64,000 bases of DNA from Patescibacteria group bacterium (GTDB taxonomy: Bacteria; Patescibacteriota; Microgenomatia; UBA12405), in contig JBMNON010000003.1 in assembly GCA_050943115.1 (NCBI GenBank), forward strand, positions 28,565-92,564. Reading direction: 5' to 3'. Shown piece by piece: positions 40,561 through 50,806 of this stretch. The notes under the pieces are model-generated. The model searched no databases and was not told the DNA's origin. It saw only the letters and a list, made by a program, of their open reading frames with translations. Each line of letters begins with the position of its first letter. The first letter of the stretch is position 1. Both the position numbers and the translations under genes were made by a program.

Positions 40561-41403
40561 ATGAAAAAGCTGGTTAAAACAAAAATCAATGGATTTGAAA
40601 TTTATTACAGGGCGGATGACATTTTTGTGGGGCAAAATGTGGCCCGGGGAAATTACGAGGAGTACTTTACCCGTTTACTGTCCAGAAATATTAAAAAGGG
40701 AGATACGGTGATGGATATCGGCGCCAATATCGGCTATGACACTTTGATTATGGCCAGCAGGACAGGAGAAAAAGGCCGGGTGTTGGCTTTTGAACCGGAC
40801 CCAGTAAACTTTGAAATTTTAAGAAAAAATGTGAGCGTGAATGGATTTAAGAATGTATTGTTAATAAACGCAGGATTGGGAGATAAAAATAAAGAGTCAG
40901 ACCTTTATATATCAAAAAGTAATTACGGAGACCATCAGCTTTATGACAGCGGAGATGACAGGGAAAGGGTGAGGGTGGAGGTAAGAACTTTGGATGATGT
41001 AATAAAAGAACAGAGGATAAAAAGGGTAGATTTGATTAAGGCGGACACGCAAGGCTATGAGCCGGCGGTATTTGGGGGTGGAAAAAAGACATTGAGAAGA
41101 GACCGTCCAACTTTATTTTTTGAGTATTGGCCGAAAGCTTATGAGACTGCGGGTTTTGACAAGCGTAAAATGATGAAACTATTGGAAGATATTTATGGAG
41201 GACAAATTTTTTTTATTGATGAATACATTCAGATTTATTACCGACGAAAGCAAAAAACAATAGATGAGGCGGTGGGTGATTCGTCTCAGTGTAACTTGAT
41301 GGCAATAAATAATTTGAGTTTAGGCGACAAAATCGGACAATTCAAGGATTTTCAAGTAAAGAAATTTGCTAAAAGAGGATTGGGAGTGTTCCCACTGACC
41401 TAA
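40561..41403 (+). CDS. FkbM-family SAM-dependent methyltransferase
   Basis: DIGANIGYDTL (motif I), FEPDP, about 280 aa, typical FkbM domain layout. Confidence 0.7.
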   Translation: MKKLVKTKINGFEIYYRADDIFVGQNVARGNYEEYFTRLLSRNIKKGDTVMDIGANIGYDTLIMASRTGEKGRVLAFEPDPVNFEILRKNVSVNGFKNVLLINAGLGDKNKESDLYISKSNYGDHQLYDSGDDRERVRVEVRTLDDVIKEQRIKRVDLIKADTQGYEPAVFGGGKKTLRRDRPTLFFEYWPKAYETAGFDKRKMMKLLEDIYGGQIFFIDEYIQIYYRRKQKTIDEAVGDSSQCNLMAINNLSLGDKIGQFKDFQVKKFAKRGLGVFPLT

Positions 41404-41409
41404 AGCTAA

Positions 41410-41835
41410 CTAATGGTCGCGTTCAAGAAGTATATGAAAAGCCGTTCCGAAACTGGTGTCAATATAAACAAGACAAACTTGAGAACCTTTCCCAAAATCG
41501 TATTGAAACCGTGTCTCTATGTCGTTGAGGCCAACATTGTCAATGGCCTTTTTGACCGATTCCAAGAATGGAAGGAGAAATTTTTCCCGAAGTCCCTCTT
41601 TCTCCATCCAATGCAGATCCCCGCCAGCCATTTTTCCCAAGGAGGTGTATATACCGCGTTCAAGACGAAACGGGAGAGATGTAGCTAAGTGTTGGCGAGA
41701 GCAATCCGGAGGGACGACAACTAAGGCATCGCAGTTAATTGCGTCCTCTGCGGTTAGAGGTCGTTGAGAAATTTGTCCGAGGGTCAGGGGTAAGTTTTTA
41801 TTATCTTCCGAAGTGCAAGACAAGCGCTCACTCAT
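41410..41835 (-). CDS. hypothetical protein
   Basis: 141-aa ORF, no recognisable motif. Confidence 0.35.
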   Translation of the reverse strand: MSERLSCTSEDNKNLPLTLGQISQRPLTAEDAINCDALVVVPPDCSRQHLATSLPFRLERGIYTSLGKMAGGDLHWMEKEGLREKFLLPFLESVKKAIDNVGLNDIETRFQYDFGKGSQVCLVYIDTSFGTAFHILLERDH

Positions 41836-41946
41836 GTAAATAAATTATATAGTATTAGTAACTTAATTAACTAATTCATTCAGTAAAAATATAAATATTG
41901 GTTTAAGTTCTACTCCATTAAAGTTAGGATTTGGCTATAATAGACT

Positions 41947-43218
41947 ATGTCAAAAATCAAATCAATCACAGCCAGGGAAATATTAGCATCAGGAGGAGCA
42001 CCCTCCCTGGAAGCGACAGTAGAGCTGGAATCCGGATTGGTAGGCGAAGCATCAGTGTCGTATGGCGCGTCAGCCGGCACAAAAGAGGCGACGGTGTTGG
42101 TGGACGACGATAAGGACAGGTACAACGGTAAAGGAATGCTGACGGCAGTAGAAAACATCAAAACAAAGATAAATGACGCATTGGTAGGGATGGAAGCAGC
42201 AGAACAGAGGGTAATTGACCTAAAAATGAATGAGATCGATGGAACAGAAGATAAATCAAGATTGGGAGGGAATGCAATTTTGGGAGTATCACTGGCCGTG
42301 GCCAGAGCAGCAGCCCAAGAAGCAGCTTTGCCAGTTTATAAATATCTAAGGCAAGTTTACGGAATCAAAGAGAGCGGCTGGAAACTACCCAGACCTATGA
42401 TTGTAATGATTGAGGGTGGCAAGCATGCCGATGAGACCACTGACTTACAGGAATTTATGGTCGGGGCACTGGGTAACAAGAATGCGGCGGAAAACGTAAG
42501 AATGGAAATGGAAATTTATGAAGCATTAAAAAAGATTTTAAAAAGAGAAGGATTGTCGACAAATGTGGGAAATGAAGGTGCGTTTGCACCAAGCGGAATA
42601 GTCTCAAATCAAAAGCCACTAGATTATCTTTTGGAAGCTATAAAAAATGCCTGTTACAATCCGGGAGAAGATGCGGGGATTGCCATCGACGCAGCGGCAT
42701 CAGAGTTTTATGACCATAAAACAAACAAGTATGATTTAAAATTGGAAGGAAAAAGTTTAAGCGCCGATGAATTGATTGGATATTACAGAAACTGGGTGGA
42801 AAAGTATCCGATCGTGACACTGGAGGATATGCTGTCGGAGTTTGACTGGGATAATTGGCCTAAGTTAGTTGCTAATTTCGGAAGGAAGGCATTAATTATT
42901 GCCGACGACCTGACGGTAACTAATGCCAAATTGTGGCAGAGGGCAATTGAAATGAAAGCGGCCAATGCGATATTGATTAAATTAAACCAGGCGGGGAGTT
43001 TGAGCGAAACAATGGATGCGTGTCTGCTGGCACGAGAACATGGATTAATGACAGTTCCTTCACACCGAGGTGGAGGAGAAACAAATGATACATTTATGGT
43101 GGATTTAGCCGTAGCAGTAGGAAGTGAGTATATTAAAGTCGGACCGACAAGGGGTGAGAGAGTTTGTAAATATAACAGACTGATGAGGATAGAAGAAGAA
43201 ATTTTAAAAACTCTGTAG
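41947..43218 (+). CDS. eno: enolase (phosphopyruvate hydratase)
   Basis: ITAREILASGGAPSLEATVELESG...IKLNQAGSLSET...SHRGGETND. Confidence 0.95.
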   Translation: MSKIKSITAREILASGGAPSLEATVELESGLVGEASVSYGASAGTKEATVLVDDDKDRYNGKGMLTAVENIKTKINDALVGMEAAEQRVIDLKMNEIDGTEDKSRLGGNAILGVSLAVARAAAQEAALPVYKYLRQVYGIKESGWKLPRPMIVMIEGGKHADETTDLQEFMVGALGNKNAAENVRMEMEIYEALKKILKREGLSTNVGNEGAFAPSGIVSNQKPLDYLLEAIKNACYNPGEDAGIAIDAAASEFYDHKTNKYDLKLEGKSLSADELIGYYRNWVEKYPIVTLEDMLSEFDWDNWPKLVANFGRKALIIADDLTVTNAKLWQRAIEMKAANAILIKLNQAGSLSETMDACLLAREHGLMTVPSHRGGGETNDTFMVDLAVAVGSEYIKVGPTRGERVCKYNRLMRIEEEILKTL

Positions 43219-43231
43219 TAAAATATAGGAC

Positions 43232-43570
43232 ATGTCTGGTTTGTGTGAGATGGAAGGAATTTGCTTTCGTTTTGTAAGATTTGGAGACGAAATACGAGTG
43301 GCCGAAGACATTGGTGTGCTTCACAAGGAATTAATACGGGATATTTGGGGAAGTGAAATAAGTGAAAGCCAAGTGAGAGAACGATTAGAAAATGAAGCTG
43401 AAAACGTGGATATGGGATTTATTATGCGTTTTAACGGCAGATGTAATTTAAGCGATACTTCTAGCCATTACGGGGTACCCAAAGCTGATGCACTACCAAT
43501 GGTAAGAAAAAGAACTGTGGAAATGTTGAGCGAACAATACCCGAATATTAAGTTTGAAAGTATAGACTAG
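43232..43570 (+). CDS. hypothetical protein
   Basis: 112-aa ORF directly after eno. No motif. Confidence 0.3.
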   Translation: MSGLCEMEGICFRFVRFGDEIRVAEDIGVLHKELIRDIWGSEISESQVRERLENEAENVDMGFIMRFNGRCNLSDTSSHYGVPKADALPMVRKRTVEMLSEQYPNIKFESID

Positions 43571-43627
43571 GAAAAGTTCTTTATCGGCAAAGCTAAGGGA
43601 AAAAAGTCATTATAAACTATTAATAAA

Positions 43628-44194
43628 TTAGATGGTGTATTGAAAATACTGATCATAAGGTATAGTCCAGGAACAAGTGTCCTCGACTGAAGCGTTTTCC
43701 ATAATTTTTCGAAAAAGACGAATGGAATTACCATGCGCCGAAACAGCGATACCGAGATCTTTGTTGCCATACTTTGACTTAAGATCACTAATAAATTCCA
43801 TAACACGCGCTTCAACGTCGGAGAAACTCTCCCCTGCCGGCGGCCGGTCCTCCCAGCCACGATGCCACTTATCAAACTGCTCCTGGCCCAAGCCATCGAT
43901 TATTTCCTGATGAGTGTGACCGGCAAGATCACCATAAGAGCGCTCGATCATGCGATCATCGGTGATGATTTCTTCGCACTCGGGATGATGAATTAAAACG
44001 TATTTCAATGTATCCTTGGACCGGGATAACCGGGTTTGGATGGCCTGATCAATTCTTTTGTCTTTGAGCATTTCACCCAGAACTTTGGCCTGTTCAACTC
44101 CAAGAGGGGTCAGTTTGGCATCAAGCCAGCCAGTAAAGGTTTTGCTTAAGTTAAATTCAGACTGGCCGTGGCGGAAAAGATAGATGGTAGACAT
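43628..44194 (-). CDS. histidine phosphatase family protein (phosphoglycerate mutase-like)
   Basis: LFRHGQSEFN (RHG motif), GWLD...LT.LG, SAHGNSIR (catalytic His). Confidence 0.75.
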   Translation of the reverse strand: MSTIYLFRHGQSEFNLSKTFTGWLDAKLTPLGVEQAKVLGEMLKDKRIDQAIQTRLSRSKDTLKYVLIHHPECEEIITDDRMIERSYGDLAGHTHQEIIDGLGQEQFDKWHRGWEDRPPAGESFSDVEARVMEFISDLKSKYGNKDLGIAVSAHGNSIRLFRKIMENASVEDTCSWTIPYDQYFQYTI

Positions 44195-44211
44195 ATAAAA
44201 GATTGTAACAG

Positions 44212-45336
44212 TTAGGAAATAAAATAGCCCTGAGCGAAAAAGGCTAAGCCCAATACATGAAATACAAAAAAGATAATAAACAAAGCGATTTTCAGATAAC
44301 GACTATTAATTTCTGAAAGAAAGATGAAAAAGGAGAGAGACATAAGGACGTAGCGCGGAAGAGAAGAAAAAGTACCGGTAAGGGTGGGGAGAATTAGGGT
44401 AGCAATTGAAATTAGATTAAGACTTAATAACGGTAACTTGTTTTTGAGTTTATTAATACCCGGAGACAAAAGTCGGTAGAGCTGAAGGGTAAGGACTGCG
44501 GCAAAAGAAATAAAAGTGATGAGTTCAAAAAGGGCAATCCAGTATTGAAAATTACGGGCAGCAAAAAGGAGTATTTTAATATAGCGGTAAATGACTTGGG
44601 GGAAAATTGTGGGGGTAGTCTGGCGGCCATAGACCGGAATTGAGTTAACAAAATTAATAGGGTCGCCGGTAGAATGATAAAGATAAAGGCAATAGAGGGA
44701 TAGACCAATAAATGGGCTTAGGATTAGGACTAACTGTTTTAAAGATTTTTTTTGTGAGAATAAATAGTCGAGAAGGAAAGGAATTGCCAGAAAGACACCA
44801 TTAACGCGGGTTAGCGAGGACAGTAGGGCAAAAGAGGCGGCTAGAAGGGGTTTTTTGGAATAAAAGAATAAGAGTGAGGAAATGAACAAGAGAAGGAAAA
44901 GGCTTTCAGTATAAACGGCGGAAAAATAAAAAGAGGTAGGGAAAAGAAGCAGGAAGATAATTGACAAGAAAGCGTTTTGGATTTTTATTAGCTTGAGGAG
45001 GCGGTAGGTTAAGTAGACAGAGAGAATAAGAGCCAAATTGGAAAAAATTATGGCAGTTACAAGGGGATTTGAATTTAAAGCTCTTGATAGAAATCTGATG
45101 ATTAAGGGGTACAGAGGAAAAAAGGATTGTTCGTATTGAGCGTATGAACGCTGGGAGATTAGCAAGTAGTGAATGCCATCAAAATTCGCAAGAGAGCTAA
45201 TGAAACCGGGCAGCCCAAAGTCCATAAGATAATTACGGTAAGGGAAAAAGCCGATAAAATCAATAAAGCGTGGAGCAAGATAAAGAACTAGGAAATTTGT
45301 TAAAAAAAATGCGGCTAGGACTGTGACTAGAGGCAT
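44212..45336 (-). CDS. polytopic integral membrane protein, possibly GT-C-like glycosyltransferase
   Basis: At least 10 hydrophobic helices. ORF track extends over the tRNA-Ser, so the start is trimmed to MPLVTVLAAFF at 45336. Confidence 0.4.
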   Translation of the reverse strand: MPLVTVLAAFFLTNFLVLYLAPRFIDFIGFFPYRNYLMDFGLPGFISSLANFDGIHYLLISQRSYAQYEQSFFPLYPLIIRFLSRALNSNPLVTAIIFSNLALILSVYLTYRLLKLIKIQNAFLSIIFLLLFPTSFYFSAVYTESLFLLLFISSLLFFYSKKPLLAASFALLSSLTRVNGVFLAIPFLLDYLFSQKKSLKQLVLILSPFIGLSLYCLYLYHSTGDPINFVNSIPVYGRQTTPTIFPQVIYRYIKILLFAARNFQYWIALFELITFISFAAVLTLQLYRLLSPGINKLKNKLPLLSLNLISIATLILPTLTGTFSSLPRYVLMSLSFFIFLSEINSRYLKIALFIIFFVFHVLGLAFFAQGYFIS

Positions 45337-45342
45337 AATCAG

Positions 45343-45429
45343 CGGAAGGTGTGGGAGTCGAACCCACATGCCCATTTGATTGGACGCAGGTTTAGCAAAC
45401 CTGTGGCTTACCATTCGCCGCAACCTTCC
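45343..45429 (-). tRNA. tRNA-Ser (GCU)
   Basis: Acceptor GGAAGGT/ACCTTCC, anticodon loop TTGCTAA, long variable arm, T-loop GGTTCGACTCC, discriminator G. Confidence 0.8.
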
Positions 45430-45474
45430 TAAAGTTGCGTTTAAGTATACCAAATTTTGGCTAAATGATTTATA

Positions 45475-46032
45475 TTGTTATTAATGGCAGACAAAGTGAA
45501 AGGAGTTCCTGATAAAACCGATAAAGTGCTTGAGGATTTAAATGAGGAAGTAGTGCTCCACGAGTGGGAAGCTTATGAGAGAGAGTACAAGACAAGAGAC
45601 AAGGATTTTTGGATAACAGCGATAGCAATTTTAGTGATTGTTTCAGTAATATTTTTATTACTAAAAGAGTTCTTTTTGGTAATGGCTTTGGGTTCGGTTT
45701 TGTTTCTCTACTATGTACTATCAACAGTACCTCCGGAAAAGGTTAGAAATAAAATAACAAACCGGGGAGTATATTTTGGGGATTTATTGTACACCTGGGA
45801 TCAGTTGGTAAGGTTTTGGTTTAGGACAAGTCTGGGAACAGAGGTAATGCTTTTGGAAACAAATTTAAAATTTCCGCCACAAATTTCGCTAGTTATTGAC
45901 GCTGGCGACAAGGAGAAAATAAAAAAGATTGTTGTTAAGAAAATTCCCTTAATTGAAAGTTCACCTAATTTCGTGGATAAAGCCAACAAGTGGTTTGGAG
46001 AGAGATTGCCATTGGAAAATCGAGAAATGTAA
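45475..46032 (+). CDS. hypothetical membrane protein
   Basis: 2 TM helices (ITAIAILVIVSVIFLLL; LVMALGSVLFLYYVL), no motif. Confidence 0.4.
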   Translation: MLLMADKVKGVPDKTDKVLEDLNEEVVLHEWEAYEREYKTRDKDFWITAIAILVIVSVIFLLLKEFFLVMALGSVLFLYYVLSTVPPEKVRNKITNRGVYFGDLLYTWDQLVRFWFRTSLGTEVMLLETNLKFPPQISLVIDAGDKEKIKKIVVKKIPLIESSPNFVDKANKWFGERLPLENREM

Positions 46033-46060
46033 GCTAATTTAGGGTATAATTCACTGTCGC

Positions 46061-46134
46061 GCGCTCGTAGCTCAATTGGATAGAGCACTGGTTTGCGGAA
46101 CCAGCGGTTGGAGGTTCGATCCCTCTCGAGCGTA
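46061..46134 (+). tRNA. tRNA-Arg (anticodon read as GCG)
   Basis: GCGCTCG acceptor, D-arm TAGCTCAATTGGATAGAGC (Arg-like), anticodon stem CTGGT/ACCAG with loop TTGCGGA, T-loop GGTTCGATCC. Confidence 0.7.
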
Positions 46135-46141
46135 CCGAATT

Positions 46142-46224
46142 GGAGAGATGCGCCGAATGGTAAGGCAGCGACCTCGAAAGTCGCCGCCCGCAAGGGCTTG
46201 GGGGTTCGACTCCCTCTCTCTCCG
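46142..46224 (+). tRNA. tRNA-Ser (CGA)
   Basis: Acceptor GGAGAGA/TCTCTCC, anticodon stem GCGAC/GTCGC with loop CTCGAAA, long variable arm, T-loop GGTTCGACTCC, discriminator G. Confidence 0.75.
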
Positions 46225-46267
46225 CTTATCAAGCAGGAAATATTATAAATACTGTAGAATTTATTTA

Positions 46268-46783
46268 GTGAAAAAACTATTACTAATCTTATTGGCTTTT
46301 AGTGCGATTGTGTGCGTATTTTTTTTGCTTTTTGGTTTGTGTGAAGTTAAGGGCGATGCCATGTCCCCCGCTATTAAAGACAAGCAAAAAGCACTGGTCT
46401 GGAGGCCCGGAAAAAACTATATTAGTCGGGGCGATGTGGTTATGTATAACTCTAATTGCATTTTTGGCACCTGCTTTAATGATGGTGATACCTTTTCTAG
46501 AGTAGGCAGGGTTATTGGGCTACCTAATGAAAATATCTGGTTTGAAGGCGAAAAAATATATTTCCAAAAAAACGATAGAAAATTTTCCTTAGTTGAAAAC
46601 TACACCGTTGGAAAACTACTAGCAGACAAGGACGGATTTGAAGAAAAGATTGAGTTGGGAGAGTCAGAATACTTTATACTCTCAGATAAAAGAGATAAAA
46701 AAGTAACAACCAAAAGTCAAATAGTTAACAAAAAAGATGTCGTTGGAGTATTATTTTTTGTAGAGGATAAAGATGATAAATAA
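46268..46783 (+). CDS. signal peptidase I (S26) homolog with non-canonical catalytic positions
   Basis: Boxes B-E recognisable (KGDAMSPAI; RGDVVMY; GRVIGLPNENI; LSDKRDKK). GTG start after the tRNA pair, N-terminal TM. See findings for the Ser->Ala and Lys->Gly substitutions. Confidence 0.6.
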   Translation: MKKLLLILLAFSAIVCVFFLLFGLCEVKGDAMSPAIKDKQKALVWRPGKNYISRGDVVMYNSNCIFGTCFNDGDTFSRVGRVIGLPNENIWFEGEKIYFQKNDRKFSLVENYTVGKLLADKDGFEEKIELGESEYFILSDKRDKKVTTKSQIVNKKDVVGVLFFVEDKDDK

Positions 46784-47900
46784 GCTGCAAAAAATTGTAT
46801 TTATTGTGACTTATTTGGTGGTATTGACTATTTGCCTATTTTCGCTGGTATATCTTGAACCAAATTTTTCAGAAGATTTTGAGTTTTTATTTTTTTTGCT
46901 AATGTTTTGGTCGTCAGTAGGGATTCCTTTGACAACTGCTTACTATATAACTTTTTACTGGATGTATAGAAGATTGTCGAAGAATGACAAGTCTGATAAA
47001 TCATTAAAAAATAAACAGCTTAAGTTTTCCATTATTACATCAATATTGATAACTGTCGGATTTGGTTTATTAATTTCAAGCACGGCTAGAGTGAGAGACA
47101 TGCCCAGTTATTTGGTGCCAGTAATAGAAGAGAGAACTGAACAAAAGTTTGCTTCACCGGTTCCAACCCAACAATTGCCGGATCGAATTTATAGATATTG
47201 GACAATTGGTGGTTTAGTTTATTTGTTAGAGCTTGATGATTTGGGCTATGTTCGTTTGAAGGTGGGAAAAACAGAATCGGAAGTAAAGGACTTATGGCCA
47301 GTGTCACTGCCAGTGGATATCCATATGATTGGTGATCTTTGGTATGACAAGATAAGTGACAAATTGTTTGTAAACCAGCGGATCGGTGAATTTAATACTT
47401 ATAAATACTCTGAGGTATATGAGTTGACACGAGCTAATGATAAAGTTACCAAAAAGCTAGTAAAAATTTTCGATGGAAAAGATTTACCAATTAGGCAAAT
47501 GGGAATAATCGGGTATTTGCAAAACGGTGAGCTGTTGATGGATGTTTTTGAAAAAAGCTGGATTGCAGGTGACCAAAAAGTTTTTGCGGTTAAGGATGGT
47601 AAAGAGCGAGTTGTTAAAGAGGCGCGAGGTCCAGGAGATGTTGATACTCCAAGTTTTATTGCTTTTGACGGAGAGTTGTTGTATTTAGCCAAATACAAAC
47701 AGAATGGTTCGGACACAGAAATATTTGAAAAACTGTATACTTTGGACCCGATAAGTCTCAAGGAACAGTTTCTGTTTGATTCGTCCGAATTTCCTGAAGA
47801 AATTATATCGGTATATCATGATGATCTAAGCGGCATTACTGAATTTAATTCAAAATCGCATATCAAATACGAAAAGGAAATTGTTAAGTACTCACTATGA
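46773..47900 (+). CDS. hypothetical membrane protein with large extracytoplasmic domain
   Basis: 3 N-terminal TM helices then about 270 aa soluble domain. No motif. Confidence 0.4.
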   Translation: MINKLQKIVFIVTYLVVLTICLFSLVYLEPNFSEDFEFLFFLLMFWSSVGIPLTTAYYITFYWMYRRLSKNDKSDKSLKNKQLKFSIITSILITVGFGLLISSTARVRDMPSYLVPVIEERTEQKFASPVPTQQLPDRIYRYWTIGGLVYLLELDDLGYVRLKVGKTESEVKDLWPVSLPVDIHMIGDLWYDKISDKLFVNQRIGEFNTYKYSEVYELTRANDKVTKKLVKIFDGKDLPIRQMGIIGYLQNGELLMDVFEKSWIAGDQKVFAVKDGKERVVKEARGPGDVDTPSFIAFDGELLYLAKYKQNGSDTEIFEKLYTLDPISLKEQFLFDSSEFPEEIISVYHDDLSGITEFNSKSHIKYEKEIVKYSL

Positions 47901-47995
47901 TCGCTGATTGGCAGGCTTGCTAAGAAAATTTTTCCCATTTTTTAAACAAATACTGCGTGTTGTATATTTCTAACTATATGTTATAATTTTCTAAC

Positions 47996-48202
47996 ATGAA
48001 AAATAGGATTAAAGAATTTCGGGCAAAAGAGGAACTTACACAAGAAGACTTGGCGAAAAGGGTTGGGGTGAGACGGGAAACGATAGTGTTCCTGGAACAA
48101 GGAAAGTACAACCCGTCGTTAAAGTTGGCCCATGATGTGGCGGAGGTTTTAAATACAAATATTGATGAATTATTTATTTTTGAAGAGGAAAAAATAAAAT
48201 GA
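47996..48202 (+). CDS. XRE-family HTH transcriptional regulator
   Basis: [39 protein letters not shown], a classical Cro/C1-type HTH. Confidence 0.8.
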   Translation: MKNRIKEFRAKEELTQEDLAKRVGVRRETIVFLEQGKYNPSLKLAHDVAEVLNTNIDELFIFEEEKIK

Positions 48203-48624
48203 TTGGCAAACCTGAATGGTTTAAAATTAGGCGGTTTGGAGGCTGGGGAATCACTCCGGATACCTGGCAGGGTTGGGTGTATCTGGCTTTAGTTATCTTT
48301 CCCTTTGTCATAATTCAAGCACTACCCTTTTGGAGCGAAGAAGTTAGAAGACTAATAACAACGGTGTGGACGGTATTTTTATTGGTAGATGTGACAGATA
48401 TTATGATTAGACTCAGAAAGGATGAAAGGGAGAAAATTGAAGAAGCTGTCGCCGAGCGGAATGCTGCCTGGGCGATGGTGGTGGTACTGATTTCATTTTT
48501 GCTTTATAGGATGATATCGGCAGCAATAAAGAACCAAGTAGATGTGGACTGGACGGCAGCAACAGCTTTGGGAGCGGGAGCGTTAGTCAAGACGTGGACT
48601 CATATAAAATTTAGGAAAAGATAA
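48199..48624 (+). CDS. membrane protein co-transcribed with the XRE regulator (DUF2178-like arrangement)
   Basis: 4-nt overlap with the regulator. 3-4 TM helices. Confidence 0.45.
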   Translation: MIGKPEWFKIRRFGGWGITPDTWQGWVYLALVIFPFVIIQALPFWSEEVRRLITTVWTVFLLVDVTDIMIRLRKDEREKIEEAVAERNAAWAMVVVLISFLLYRMISAAIKNQVDVDWTAATALGAGALVKTWTHIKFRKR

Positions 48625-48720
48625 ACCGAGCGGTAATGTTGGTGTTGAGTGAGGTCAATTGATGGTAAATTAGTCGAGCCAGTAAAAAAAGCAAGAGAGT
48701 GGACAAGATCGGATTTAAGA

Positions 48721-49458
48721 CTAAATAGAGAGTCTCAGTTCGGTAAAAAGAGAATGGATAACGGCTAATTTTTCTAAAAGTATTTCAGTCTGGGCGGGAG
48801 TTGGAGGTATGCCGTAATCAGGAAAGTTTGGCGGAGGGTCAACAAGGCGATCAGTGTAAGACTGGAGGCTTTTTTCAATACGACAGACCAAATAGTTTCG
48901 AAATTCATGTAGCCCGGGTATTTTTCCGCTTTGAGGAATTTGAGGAATAGCATAAGATTTGAGCCACTGGCGAAGAGGAACAGAGGAATTGTCGCGCATG
49001 TCAAAGAAACAGTTGCCCAAAGATAAATAAATATAGGGAAAACATAAATTCTGGTTCCAGCCATAACCGTCGCGATCCCAAGGTGAGCGACCTTGGCGAA
49101 GTTTGATATCGATTCCAAGATAGGCAAGACGGTGAGGACCGGAAAGAATGAGGTCTATCCCCTTCTGGCCATCTTGGCTTAGTTCCAAAGTTTGAGGAGC
49201 CAGGCAGGAATAAAACCCCGTCGGTTCTAATAGCGGTTCTAAAGATAGGTGGACTATCTGTTCAGCCAAAAGTGCTTGGGCCATGACTTCATGGCGCTGC
49301 TGTCCATTTAAAAGATCTTCTATGAGAGAGGCGCGGGACATACTAAAACGATGGCTAGAAGTAGCTTGGACATACTCTCCGGGTCGGCTTTGAAAGTTGA
49401 CTGATGAAGGAAACCCTTGGGCGTAACTTTGAATAAAACGAGCAACTCTTTCAGACAC
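48721..49458 (-). CDS. hypothetical protein
   Basis: 245-aa ORF, GC about 45%, no motif recognised. Confidence 0.4.
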   Translation of the reverse strand: MSERVARFIQSYAQGFPSSVNFQSRPGEYVQATSSHRFSMSRASLIEDLLNGQQRHEVMAQALLAEQIVHLSLEPLLEPTGFYSCLAPQTLELSQDGQKGIDLILSGPHRLAYLGIDIKLRQGRSPWDRDGYGWNQNLCFPYIYLSLGNCFFDMRDNSSVPLRQWLKSYAIPQIPQSGKIPGLHEFRNYLVCRIEKSLQSYTDRLVDPPPNFPDYGIPPTPAQTEILLEKLAVIHSLFTELRLSI

Positions 49459-49925
49459 TTTATATGAATATAAGGCAAGAAAACAACAAAATCTATAGGC
49501 TCTTGACTTTCGGGTTTATTTCGGATTACAAATAATTAATGAGGATTATATTAAGTAAGCACTGGATAAAAGCGGTAATGGTAGGACTGAGTTCCCTCTC
49601 AGCCTTAGTGCTTCTTGACATAATGACCACTTTGCAAGGATTGTAGAGAAGGTAAACAGGACTAATACAAAAGTTAATGTTCATGCGAGCAAGGATGGAA
49701 TTCCCCCAAAAAAACTAAAACAAGATACTGGTTCCTAGAAAAATAATAAAGAGGCGGAATATGGTGTGACGAAAAGGCTGCTTTTGAGGGAAATAAGAAG
49801 AATTGACTTGAGGTGTAATAAATATGTATTATCTATATTGATTATTATAGGATAGTAAGCTATAATATGAGCTAATTTTCGCAATAGCGCGGAAAGGTAC
49901 ATTCACACTATTAGGAGGTTTCGAG

Positions 49926-50429
49926 ATGGCACCGATTATTGCGGACGAGACGAGGCAAGCTATTGGCGACATTCTGCTCCGAGTTGAGCAGTTGCTTAGA
50001 GGAGTAATCCTCATCGCCGGCTACCTCACCCTGCTACTGTGGGACGTGGTTTCAGGAGGATTCACCTTGGTATGGTTTTTTGAAACCGCCAACGTGCTCA
50101 GTCCGGCCTTGGTTCCCTCGCTTGGATTTGGTCTATCGGCTGCATCGAGCGCCGTCCAAATCACTATCGCCCATCGGATCAAGAACAGGACAATCAAAGG
50201 AGTCAATCCTTTTGTTCTGGTTTTGGCCGGGACGGTTATGGTGCTGGACACTGTTCTTGATCTGGTAGGAGGCTCTTGGTTTGTCGGGAGAATTCAACCG
50301 GATCAGTTTTCCTGGGCGTGGTTCAGTGGAAGTGGGTTTGCACTGCGGGCCATCATCATTTTCGTGACCCTATTGGCCGCGGCCCAGGAGTACGTCAGTA
50401 CCCTGATCGCCGACACACTGAAAGGCTAG
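49926..50429 (+). CDS. 4-TM membrane protein in GC-rich islet, hypothetical
   Basis: Strong RBS AGGAGG 8 nt upstream. 4 hydrophobic helices. GC about 52% versus about 40% background. Confidence 0.5.
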   Translation: MAPIIADETRQAIGDILLRVEQLLRGVILIAGYLTLLLWDVVSGGFTLVWFFETANVLSPALVPSLGFGLSAASSAVQITIAHRIKNRTIKGVNPFVLVLAGTVMVLDTVLDLVGGSWFVGRIQPDQFSWAWFSGSGFALRAIIIFVTLLAAAQEYVSTLIADTLKG

Positions 50430-50437
50430 GTGGAAAG

Positions 50438-50806
50438 ATGGAAGAAGGGTATAAAAAGCCATTTCCGTGGGCAGTATTGATCGTAGCTTCAATCCTGGTT
50501 TACTTGTTTGTGGGCAAGCCGTTCCTGGAAAGAAAGGGAGTGGTTGCTAATATCACAAAGAGTGGCATCTTCCAGACTCAGGATGCGTCCGGTGGCAGCA
50601 TGACTACTCCGAGAGGCGGGGTGTTGCAGCAACAAGGGCAACCCTTTACCGCTCAAGGAACAGCACAAACGCAATGCCAATGCACTTGCGAAAGCGCGTA
50701 CGTTGGCACAGTCTGTGTTCCCTTCGGACAGTCCGAGTACAGTGAGCCCGGATGGAGCACAAAATGTGTGTGCGTAAACGGTCAAGGAAGGATGGTCTAC
50801 AAGTAG
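50438..50806 (+). CDS. small membrane-anchored cysteine-rich protein, hypothetical
   Basis: ATG at 50438 (8 nt after the upstream stop). TM (WAVLIVASILVYLFVG), Gln/Thr-rich linker. C-terminal CQCTCESAYVGTVCVPFGQSEYSEPGWSTKCVCVNGQG (7 Cys). Confidence 0.45.
   Translation: MEEGYKKPFPWAVLIVASILVYLFVGKPFLERKGVVANITKSGIFQTQDASGGSMTTPRGGVLQQQGQPFTAQGTAQTQCQCTCESAYVGTVCVPFGQSEYSEPGWSTKCVCVNGQGRMVYK

Noticed and set aside
45337-45453. N-terminal extension of ORF 44212..45453 (-)
   Set aside because: Runs through tRNA-Ser(GCU). The membrane protein was trimmed to start at the Met at 45336.
45801-46232. ORF 45801..46232 (-) and the N-terminal 64 codons of ORF 46076..46783 (+)
   Set aside because: They overlap two well-formed tRNA genes (Arg, Ser). 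The plus ORF was trimmed to a GTG start at 46268 (signal-peptidase homolog); the minus ORF is discarded.
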